A DNA stretch of 64,000 nucleotides, taken from assembly GCA_913056145.1 (NCBI GenBank), contig CAJXMI010000001.1, positions 813-64,812 of the forward strand, read 5' to 3'. The stretch's first letter is position 1, and each line of letters starts with the position of its first letter. The position numbers and the translations under genes are program-made. Shown here in pieces: positions 32,520 to 39,714 of this stretch. Below the pieces are notes generated by a model. The model saw nothing but the letters and a program-made list of their open reading frames with translations. It was not told the origin of the DNA and did no database searches. Source of the DNA: an uncultured Spiribacter sp. Its GTDB lineage: Bacteria > Pseudomonadota > Gammaproteobacteria > Nitrococcales > Nitrococcaceae.

Positions 32520-32971
32520 GACCGTGTCTCCATTGTCCCCGCGCGGGGTGCTGTCGCCCAGGTCCCGGGCGCGGGGTACTGTTCCTGAATGCGCAGCCGC
32601 TGGCCGTCCATTGCCTCAATGACGAGCTCCACCTCGACACGGCTCCCATCGCCGCTGCGCACGGCGATTCGGCCCAGTGGCGCGTTGTCGGGACCCAGAC
32701 GCACATGACTGGCGCTGCGGCTGCGGCTGCGGCCGCTGTCGCTGATCGTATCCACCCGCATCGAGTAGCGTGCGCTGACCGGGGTCGCGGCACGGGCAAA
32801 GCCGCGAATGGTGACCGCATTGCCCTGCTGCTCAAAACTGACCCAGGCCCGAATGCCGTTGTCCGCCCGTTCCGCGCCCACGGGGAGCGCCAGAGCGGCC
32901 AACAGGCCCAATGCCGTGCCTGCAAGGCCCCGGCGCATCACCGCCCAGCGGTGGCTGCTATTGATCGTCAT
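32516..32971 (-). CDS. CsgH/CsgC-like periplasmic amyloid chaperone
   Basis: Signal peptide, small Arg-rich beta protein with RYSMRV...SGRSRS pattern like CsgH; between the two curlin genes; GGAGG RBS before ATG 32971. Confidence 0.6.
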   Translation of the reverse strand: MTINSSHRWAVMRRGLAGTALGLLAALALPVGAERADNGIRAWVSFEQQGNAVTIRGFARAATPVSARYSMRVDTISDSGRSRSRSASHVRLGPDNAPLGRIAVRSGDGSRVEVELVIEAMDGQRLRIQEQYPAPGTWATAPRAGTMETRS

Positions 32972-32988
32972 CGTGAATGCCCTCCAGG

Positions 32989-33025
32989 AAACGCAAAGGC
33001 CTGCCACCCTCGTGGATGACAGGCC
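32989..33025 (-). terminator. Hairpin with broken U-tract after major curlin
   Basis: Minus strand GGCCTGTCATCC-ACGA-GGGTGGCAGGCC-TTTGCGTTT (12-bp stem with two G-U pairs). Confidence 0.7.
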
Positions 33026-33037
33026 AGGGTCGGGCCC

Positions 33038-33892
33038 TTAGCGGGCGCTCTGATCAACATAGGCCGTATTGGCGAAACCGGTCTGGTTTACCGTGGCCAT
33101 GTTGCCGCGGTCACTCTGCTCCACGATGGCGACGTGGTAGGAACCGGCCTGATTGACATCCGCCATGTTTTCTCGGCCCGACTGAGCCACGTAGGCCTCG
33201 TTCCAGAAGCCGTCCTGGGTCACTTCCATGACGTTTTCACGGCCTTCCTGCGTGACCTCGCTCACGTTGAGCGTGCCCGCCTGGACAATGTCCATGACGT
33301 TGTCACGGCCGCGCTGCTCCAGATAGCCATAGTTCAGATCGCCGTCCTGGCTGAGCTCGATGCTCCCGCCATTGCCGCGCTGAACGATGTCGGTCACGTT
33401 GAAGTAGCCGTCCTGGCTGAGCTCGATGCTGCCCTGACGCCCCCGCTGATCGATCCAGGCATAGTGATCACTGCCCTCCTGATCAACGGTCATCGTGCCT
33501 TCGCGGCCACGCTGGATGGCATCCACACGCTGGTAGCTGCCGTCCTGGGTGATCGTGGCATTGCCGTCGCGGCCCCGGCGGTCGACATTGGCGTAGTTGG
33601 CCGTGCCGGACTGTTCCACCGTGACTTCGTTGCCGCGGCCTTCCTGGTCGATGTTGGCGTACTGGCCAAGGCCGCTCTGGGTCACCGTGGTCTGCAGCTC
33701 ACGGCCGTCCTGCGAGACATCGGCGATGTTGAACTGATCGGACTGATTGATGGTGACTTCGTTGTTGAGAACGCCACCACTGCCGCCATTGCCATTGCCA
33801 TTGCCATTGCCGTTGTTCTGGGCCACTGCCGTGCCCATGCCGAGCAACAGGGCAACGGATAGAGCGGATACCGTTTGTAACTTAATGGTCAT
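33038..33892 (-). CDS. csgA: Major curlin, CsgA-like (284 aa, 11 x 22-aa repeats)
   Basis: AAGGAG RBS, signal peptide ending AVA, N/G-rich linker, 11 curlin repeats with Q-x-G every 11 residues. Confidence 0.85.
   Translation of the reverse strand: MTIKLQTVSALSVALLLGMGTAVAQNNGNGNGNGNGGSGGVLNNEVTINQSDQFNIADVSQDGRELQTTVTQSGLGQYANIDQEGRGNEVTVEQSGTANYANVDRRGRDGNATITQDGSYQRVDAIQRGREGTMTVDQEGSDHYAWIDQRGRQGSIELSQDGYFNVTDIVQRGNGGSIELSQDGDLNYGYLEQRGRDNVMDIVQAGTLNVSEVTQEGRENVMEVTQDGFWNEAYVAQSGRENMADVNQAGSYHVAIVEQSDRGNMATVNQTGFANTAYVDQSAR
33341..33430. repeat. 24-bp exact direct repeat, 66 bp apart, inside curlin
   Basis: GCCGTCCTGGCTGAGCTCGATGCT at 33341-33364 and 33407-33430. Confidence 0.9.
33785..33814. 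repeat. Hexanucleotide tandem repeat encoding (NG)n
   Basis: (GCCATT)x4 followed by GCCGTT. Confidence 0.9.
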
Positions 33893-34016
33893 CTCTGACT
33901 CCTTATCACTGAAGCGTTGATTGAGAACCGCGTCCTGGTGAGGACGCAAAATCAGTGTGCGTTGGAGTCGGAGAGGGCGGAATACGCAATGCGTGCCAAA
34001 CTGCGCGCCGCAGATA

Positions 34017-34877
34017 CTATTCCCGGGCGGTTTGTTCGGTAGCCTGCGCCGCCTGCTGCGCAAAGGCCTCGCGGTAGGCCGTTATGACGGGGGATTCGCG
34101 ATCCGCCTGATCGCCAAGCCGCCAGTGATCCTGCTCAATGCCGCGCACGATCAGATGGATGAGCGCGGCATTGATGGCATCGTGGGTCGCCAGATAACGC
34201 GGCTCGTTGTAGGTATAGCCGCCCTCGGTCTCGAGCAGGCGCTGATTGCGCACAAACCGGAACAAGCCACCCTCGAGCTCGTAGGAGTAGATGGTTTTGG
34301 TTGTGGTGACGGCGGCCAGGATTTCCCCATTGGCGACATTGACGGCGCGCAGATTGACCGTGACCTGATCGATCACGTAGGCCTCGCTGCCACCCAGGCC
34401 AAAGTAGCGGGCGCCAAAGCCCCCGGTGCTGGTGTTGCTGTCATACCCGGTAATGCCACCCTCGAACATCACCCGGGCCTCCGAGAGGTTGGCCAGCCCG
34501 GCATTGTGCTGACGAGCCACTCGTCGCTCTGTCAGCAGATCCTGCAGGCCTTCGCGCTCCACCGGCTGAAACCATCCCGAGCGCAGCAGGGCCTCGGCCA
34601 GCAGACTGCCCCCACCCTGGGTAACGGCGGTGGAGAGGTTGCTGTTGGGCGACTCCCGATACTGTCCAGTAAGGTCGCGGAAGCCGTAGACCGCTGCCGG
34701 GATAACGCCGGCGGGGGCCGGCAGCGTCAGCAGATCGCCATAGGTGGGGGGTGCATCGGCAAGCGCGGCCGGATCCATGCTGTTCCAGTCCGGCGGCCGA
34801 TCGGCCTCCAGCGTGGTGCAGCCCGCGAGGATGACAAGGAGCCCAACGGGAAGTAGCTGCCTTGCGCCGCGCATCAT
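34017..34877 (-). CDS. csgG: Curli secretion channel lipoprotein CsgG
   Basis: Lipobox LAGC, AVYGFRDLTGQY, STAVTQG, SGWF.PVEREGLQDLLTER, GARYFGLG, YTYNEP. Confidence 0.93.
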   Translation of the reverse strand: MMRGARQLLPVGLLVILAGCTTLEADRPPDWNSMDPAALADAPPTYGDLLTLPAPAGVIPAAVYGFRDLTGQYRESPNSNLSTAVTQGGGSLLAEALLRSGWFQPVEREGLQDLLTERRVARQHNAGLANLSEARVMFEGGITGYDSNTSTGGFGARYFGLGGSEAYVIDQVTVNLRAVNVANGEILAAVTTTKTIYSYELEGGLFRFVRNQRLLETEGGYTYNEPRYLATHDAINAALIHLIVRGIEQDHWRLGDQADRESPVITAYREAFAQQAAQATEQTARE

Positions 34878-35287
34878 TGCAGACCTCCCAGATTGATCTC
34901 GGTCTGCTCACCGGTATTGGGGTCGAAGGCGATGATGCTCACACCGCCGTCGGGCGTCTCCTCAAGGCTGAGCTCCACGCCCGAAAAGCGCAGCGTGGCA
35001 CTGCCGTCTTCGCTGTCCGGATCAAGAACGCCGGCGGCCTGGCGCGAGAGGTCGCGTACCAGCTGCGTGCGCAGATCATCCTCCAGGCGCTCAATGGCGG
35101 TCCGAGGTGGTCGCCGCGCGGCCGCCGCAGGGCTCCGTGTGGTGTCCTGCGCCGCTGCACGCTGAAACCGCTGTGACAGCAGGCCCGGATCGCTGCTCTG
35201 ACTGGGTTGGTAGGTGAGCTCGGCCTGAGCGACAAGCGGTGCTGCCGCCAGCAGGAAGGTGAGGGCGCTCAAGGTACGTTGTGACAT
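34874..35287 (-). CDS. csgF: Curli assembly factor CsgF (divergent)
   Basis: Signal peptide, mature ELTYQP...AAAQD, C-terminal D.NTGEQTEI; ATGA overlap with csgG. Confidence 0.75.
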   Translation of the reverse strand: MSQRTLSALTFLLAAAPLVAQAELTYQPSQSSDPGLLSQRFQRAAAQDTTRSPAAAARRPPRTAIERLEDDLRTQLVRDLSRQAAGVLDPDSEDGSATLRFSGVELSLEETPDGGVSIIAFDPNTGEQTEINLGGLQ

Positions 35288-35289
35288 GT

Positions 35290-35769
35290 TTATTCCTCCA
35301 GTCCTTGTTGCCCCTCACCGTTGCCGCCGAGGGGACGCTGGTAGCGTTGGATAATCTGTGCAACGCGGGCCGCGGTGGCCTCGGCCACCTCCTCGGGCCC
35401 CGGGTTGCGTGGCCAGACACGAAGCCGCTGAATGACTTCATGCTGATAGCGGATAACCACTTCGGTGCCTTCGCTCATCCAGGGGCGCTCCTCTACCGTA
35501 ATGACGCCGCGCGCCTCTATCGTCTGGTCGCGCCAGGCCCGGGCAAAGGCATCGTAAAAGCGATTGCCAAGGGCGGTGATCGTGCGTCGCACGACCAGGT
35601 TGTCCAGGCCATCGTTCTCGAGCGTGCCGCCGGGCAGTGACGGAGCCTCGAGCGGTGTTTCACGCTCCAGACCCGATGCCTCGCTGGCCGGCGCCGGGTT
35701 GCCCGACGCCGTCAGCAGAGTCAGCACGATCGTCACTGTCCGGCGAATCGGGTCGCCGGACCGGGCCAT
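35290..35769 (-). CDS. csgE: Curli assembly factor CsgE
   Basis: LVVRRTIT.LG..FY..F...W and ITVEERP motifs; TGATG overlap with the regulator stop. Confidence 0.85.
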   Translation of the reverse strand: MARSGDPIRRTVTIVLTLLTASGNPAPASEASGLERETPLEAPSLPGGTLENDGLDNLVVRRTITALGNRFYDAFARAWRDQTIEARGVITVEERPWMSEGTEVVIRYQHEVIQRLRVWPRNPGPEEVAEATAARVAQIIQRYQRPLGGNGEGQQGLEE

Positions 35770-36470
35770 CACAGGAAGGTTTGGCCCAGGGTTCGCTGTG
35801 CCCACATGGCCGCAGCTACCCGGTTGGTGCAGCCAATCTTTCGATAGGCGTTATAGAGGTGGGTCTTGACTGTATGTGGGCTTACCGACAGTTGATCGGC
35901 GATATGGTCGTTACTCAGGCCGAGCGCGAGGGATCGCAACACGGCCATTTCCTTGCGCGTGAGGGCCTCGCCTGGCTGGGTCATGGCGCCGTTGTGTGGC
36001 GCGCCATCGCCATCAAGGCTCAGGACCTGGCGGATGCGGTTCATCAGATCATCAACCGGCTCGTCATCATGGAAAATGGCGGCGATATCCTTGCGTGAGG
36101 AAAAGCGCTCGGGGTCAACACTCGATGGCATGTTGAGCAGCACCATGGGGGCCGTCTGGCGGCCATCTGCCGGAGACGCCGCCAGGAGATCCGCCACGGC
36201 GCGGTCGCTGCTGCGGATGTCGAGCAGAATGAGCGTTGGCCGCTCGCATTCGGCCAGGGCGGCGAGCTGCGAGGGTGCGGCCAGACGGGCCCGGCAGACA
36301 CCGGCCTCGCGCAGCCAGCGTTGCAGCAGCCGGTTCTGGATATTTGAATCGCATAGCAGCAGCGCCGAGGGTAGTCGGTTGAGGGGGGCGGTAGTTGCGG
36401 CCCTTATGCTGCCACTTCGCAGTGACTCCCCGTTAAGTTTCATCCCAATTCCATCTGCACGTTTTTCCAT
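35769..36470 (-). CDS. csgD: LuxR/FixJ-family regulator, CsgD-like
   Basis: Degenerate receiver domain plus LT.KE..VL..LA.G.SN..IADQL.VS.HTVKTHLYN.YRKI HTH; first gene before csgEFG. Confidence 0.75.
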   Translation of the reverse strand: MEKRADGIGMKLNGESLRSGSIRAATTAPLNRLPSALLLCDSNIQNRLLQRWLREAGVCRARLAAPSQLAALAECERPTLILLDIRSSDRAVADLLAASPADGRQTAPMVLLNMPSSVDPERFSSRKDIAAIFHDDEPVDDLMNRIRQVLSLDGDGAPHNGAMTQPGEALTRKEMAVLRSLALGLSNDHIADQLSVSPHTVKTHLYNAYRKIGCTNRVAAAMWAQRTLGQTFL

Positions 36471-36796
36471 GATCAGCCTCTTGATCTAATTGAACGACGG
36501 GTAAAGGCTATTTTTTTATTATACCGCAGCGCAACGCAAATTAGCATGAGTTAAATTGATAGCTTGGCCTGAATCAATTTGAACGATGAAAAGTAATTAG
36601 AAATCTAATGCGATCCGATTAGTTCAGGTAGATCAGTTTGAATGGAGCAGGCCGAATGGAGTGGTCCAGACGAGGGGGCATAAGGCGAATGGCGGTGGGG
36701 TTTCCTTTTTTTTGTTAGAGTGTATCATTAGTCAATCAGGGAAGGCTTTCGATTTTCCATCGAAATCATTCAAATTTCGAAACGATTTGTTCTGTT
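36471..36796 (-). promoter_or_regulatory. AT-rich control region of the curli locus
   Basis: Markedly AT-rich; perfect TATAAT on the minus strand at 36523-36518; repeated 15-mer motif. Confidence 0.7.
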
Positions 36797-38152
36797 TTAG
36801 ATAAGAAAAAGCGTGGCAAGCCCCAGAAAGGCCATAAAGCCGACAACATCGGTAACGGTGGTCAGTACCACACCACCCGCAAGGGCAGGGTCAATGCCGA
36901 TGCGCTTGAGAAGCAGCGGTACACCAACCCCTGACAGCGCGGCCATTGCCAGATTGATGACCATGGCCGCGGCGATGATGCCGCCAATGGCCGGCCGACC
37001 AAACCAGAGGATGGCCACCGCGGCCAGGACCGCGGCCCAGAGCAGGCCGTTCAGGGCGCCGATGCCGATTTCCTTTAACAGCAGGGCGCGCGCGTTACGG
37101 GATGCCACCTGGCCCAGTGCGAGGGCGCGGATTACCAGGGTCAGCGTCTGGGTGCCCGCGATCCCGCCCATGCTGGCAACCACCGGCATCAGGACGGCCA
37201 GCGCCACCACCTCCTGAATAGTGGCCTCGAACAGTCCGATGACGTAGGCGGCAAGTAGTGCAGTGACCAGGTTGACCCCCAGCCACAACGCCCGCCGCCG
37301 GGTGCTGGTCCAGATGGGTGCGAAGAGGTCTTCCTCCTCGCCCAGGCCGGCCATGGTCAGGATGGAGCGCTCGGCCTCCTCGCGAATGACATCCACCACG
37401 TCGTCGATGGTGATGCGGCCAATGAGGCGGCCGCGGCCGTCGAGTACCGGCGCCGAGATCAGATCGCGGTCCTCGAACATCTTGGCGACCTCACGGGCCG
37501 GTGTCTCGGCACCAATCGCCACCGCATCGGCATCAAGCAGGTCGTCGACGCGCCCGGCGGGGTCGCGGGTGAGCAGGTCGCTTACGCGCAGTACGCCCAG
37601 GAAATGATCGAAGCGGCTGACCACGAAGAGATGATCGGTGAGCTCGGGCATCTGTCCGCGCATCCGCAGATAGCGCAGGACCACATCGAGACTCACGTCG
37701 GGCCGCACGGTAACCGTGTCGGTATTCATGAGCCCGCCGGCGCTGTCCTCGGGATAGGCCAGAACGGCCTCGAGACGCTGCCGGTTCTGGTTGTCCATGG
37801 AGCGCAGGATCTCACCGGTCAGCGTGGCGGGAAGATCCTGCATGAAATCGGCCAGGTCATCCATGTCCATGCCCGAGGTGGCGGCCAGCAGTTCGCCGTC
37901 GTCCATTTCACGAATCAGGCCGCTGCGCACCTCGTCGTTTACCTGCAGCAGGACTTCGCCGCCATTGTCTTCGTCAACGAGTTCCCAAAGCAGCTTGCGC
38001 TCGGCGGCCGGAAACGATTCGAGGAGGTTGGCGATCTCCGCCGGGTGGAGGGCGTTCAGCATGCGCCTTGCCTCCGGCGCGGTCCCGCCCTCAAGAAGGC
38101 TCGATACGGTATCGGCCAGGCGGCCCTGCTTTTTATCCAGCTCTTCAGCCAT
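36797..38152 (-). CDS. mgtE: Magnesium transporter MgtE
   Basis: CBS pair, SAGGLMN, MGGIAGTQ, IDPALA, TTVTD. Confidence 0.95.
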   Translation of the reverse strand: MAEELDKKQGRLADTVSSLLEGGTAPEARRMLNALHPAEIANLLESFPAAERKLLWELVDEDNGGEVLLQVNDEVRSGLIREMDDGELLAATSGMDMDDLADFMQDLPATLTGEILRSMDNQNRQRLEAVLAYPEDSAGGLMNTDTVTVRPDVSLDVVLRYLRMRGQMPELTDHLFVVSRFDHFLGVLRVSDLLTRDPAGRVDDLLDADAVAIGAETPAREVAKMFEDRDLISAPVLDGRGRLIGRITIDDVVDVIREEAERSILTMAGLGEEEDLFAPIWTSTRRRALWLGVNLVTALLAAYVIGLFEATIQEVVALAVLMPVVASMGGIAGTQTLTLVIRALALGQVASRNARALLLKEIGIGALNGLLWAAVLAAVAILWFGRPAIGGIIAAAMVINLAMAALSGVGVPLLLKRIGIDPALAGGVVLTTVTDVVGFMAFLGLATLFLI

Positions 38153-38172
38153 GGCGCGCCCTTCCTGGCGGT

Positions 38173-38457
38173 TTAATCGGGTTCTCCGAAGCGCTCGGCC
38201 ACCAGACTGGTCAGGGCCTCCAGGGCCGTTGTGGCATCGACACCCTCGGCGCTGACAGTGATGCGGGTGCCGCATGCCGCCGCCAGCATCATCAGGCCCA
38301 TGATGCTCTTGCCGTTGGCTTCGCCGCCCGCTGATTGTACCCGGATGTCGGCGTCGTGCGCGCCTGCCACCTCGACAAACCGGGCGGCGGCGCGGGCATG
38401 CAGGCCCAGCCGGTTGACGATTTCGAGTTCACGCCGGGCTCGGGTCGGCTCAGCCAT
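38173..38457 (-). CDS. ptsH: HPr/NPr phosphocarrier
   Basis: GLHARAA (His15) and GKSIMG (Ser46). Confidence 0.9.
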   Translation of the reverse strand: MAEPTRARRELEIVNRLGLHARAAARFVEVAGAHDADIRVQSAGGEANGKSIMGLMMLAAACGTRITVSAEGVDATTALEALTSLVAERFGEPD

Positions 38458-38869
38458 TGCCTGTGCCCGTTGAAGCAGCGGGTGCCTGCGCGATCAGGAT
38501 GCCATCGCGTGCCGCCGAGAGGGCCTTGTCCACCAGCAGTTCGACCGGGAGATAGGCATAGTTCATCACCCGGAGCACCATCGGCAGGTTCACGCCGGTG
38601 ATGACCGGATGACCGCGGGTTTCTGCGAGTCCCACCGCCAGGTTGCTGGGGGTGGCGCCATAGGCGTCGGTGAGGATGAGCACCCCGGCGCCCCGATCCA
38701 GACGTGCGAGCGCGTCAGCGGCACGGGCCCGTGAGGTACCGACGGACTCGTCGGCCCCGGGCGCGAGGCTGGCATGCGGCATGGGCAACGAGCCGAGGAT
38801 GTCCTCCGCCGTGGCGATCAGGGCCTCACCCACCCCGGGGTGGGTGATCAGCAACAGACTCGGGTTCAT
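38450..38869 (-). CDS. PTS EIIA, mannose/fructose type
   Basis: LITH, LTDAYGATPSN, GVNLPM. Confidence 0.9.
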   Translation of the reverse strand: MNPSLLLITHPGVGEALIATAEDILGSLPMPHASLAPGADESVGTSRARAADALARLDRGAGVLILTDAYGATPSNLAVGLAETRGHPVITGVNLPMVLRVMNYAYLPVELLVDKALSAARDGILIAQAPAASTGTGNG

Positions 38870-39714
38870 GGCAGCTCCCGGTGGCGGGTATTGACGTTCC
38901 ACTGACCGCCCCCGAGATGCCGGCCCAGTTCCTCGATCAGGTATACCGAGCGGTGCTGGCCCCCGGTACAACCAATGGCGATGGTCAGGTAGCTGCGGTT
39001 CTCGGCCTCGAAGACGGGTAGCCAGTCATCCAGAAAGCTGATCAGGCCCCGCAGATAGCGGGCGACCGCCGGGGTGCCGGCCAGGTAATCGGCCACAGCC
39101 TGATCCCGGCCGGTCAGTGGACGCAGCATCGGCTTCCAGTGCGGGTTGGGCAGGCAGCGGCTGTCAAAGACGAAGTCGGCGTCAGCCGGCGTTCCGTGCT
39201 TGAAGCCGAATGACTCGAGCTGGACCGAGAGCCCCGAGCGGGCCTCGGTGAGTCGCGCACGCACGATCTGGCGCAGTTCATGCAGTGTTGTATGCGTGGT
39301 GTCGAGCGTGAGGTCGGCACGCTCGTGCAGTGGCATCAGCAACTCGCGCTCCCCGCGGATGGCCTCGGCCAGCGAGACATCCGGGCCGCTCAATGGATGT
39401 CGGCGACGGGTCTCGGAGAACCGCTTGAGCAGCGTGGCGTCGTCCGCGTCCAGAAAAATGATTTCGGGTATGACGCCGCGTTCACCGAGATGTCGGAGGA
39501 TGTCCGGAAACTGCGCCAGCTCGGCAGGCCGGTTACGGGCATCAATCCCGACGGCATGGATGGCCGGGTCGCCCGAGTCGGCGACATGCGCACCAAAGGC
39601 ATCAAGAAGGGCGACGGGCAGATTGTCGATGCAGTTGAACCCGTAGTCTTCGAGGGTGGCGAGCGCCACACTCTTACCCGAGCCCGACAGGCCGCTCACA
39701 ATGATCAGGCGCAT
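38866..39714 (-). CDS. rapZ: RNase adapter RapZ
   Basis: GLSGSGKS, DNLP, RFSETRRRHP, SFGFK, GCTGGQHRS. Confidence 0.95.
   Translation of the reverse strand: MRLIIVSGLSGSGKSVALATLEDYGFNCIDNLPVALLDAFGAHVADSGDPAIHAVGIDARNRPAELAQFPDILRHLGERGVIPEIIFLDADDATLLKRFSETRRRHPLSGPDVSLAEAIRGERELLMPLHERADLTLDTTHTTLHELRQIVRARLTEARSGLSVQLESFGFKHGTPADADFVFDSRCLPNPHWKPMLRPLTGRDQAVADYLAGTPAVARYLRGLISFLDDWLPVFEAENRSYLTIAIGCTGGQHRSVYLIEELGRHLGGGQWNVNTRHRELP

Noticed and set aside
33038-33780. Periodic DNA resembling a CRISPR or repeat array
   Set aside because: The 33/66-bp periodicity is explained by coding curlin repeats; no constant repeat with unique spacers and no cas genes
33975-34000. sigma54-like TTTGGCACGCATTGC upstream of csgA (minus strand)
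   Set aside because: GG-to-GC spacing is 8 nt rather than the required 10; the -12 position reads GT
31370-36800. Integrative element at tRNA-Met
   Set aside because: No integrase or transposase and no duplicated tRNA 3' end found at the far boundary
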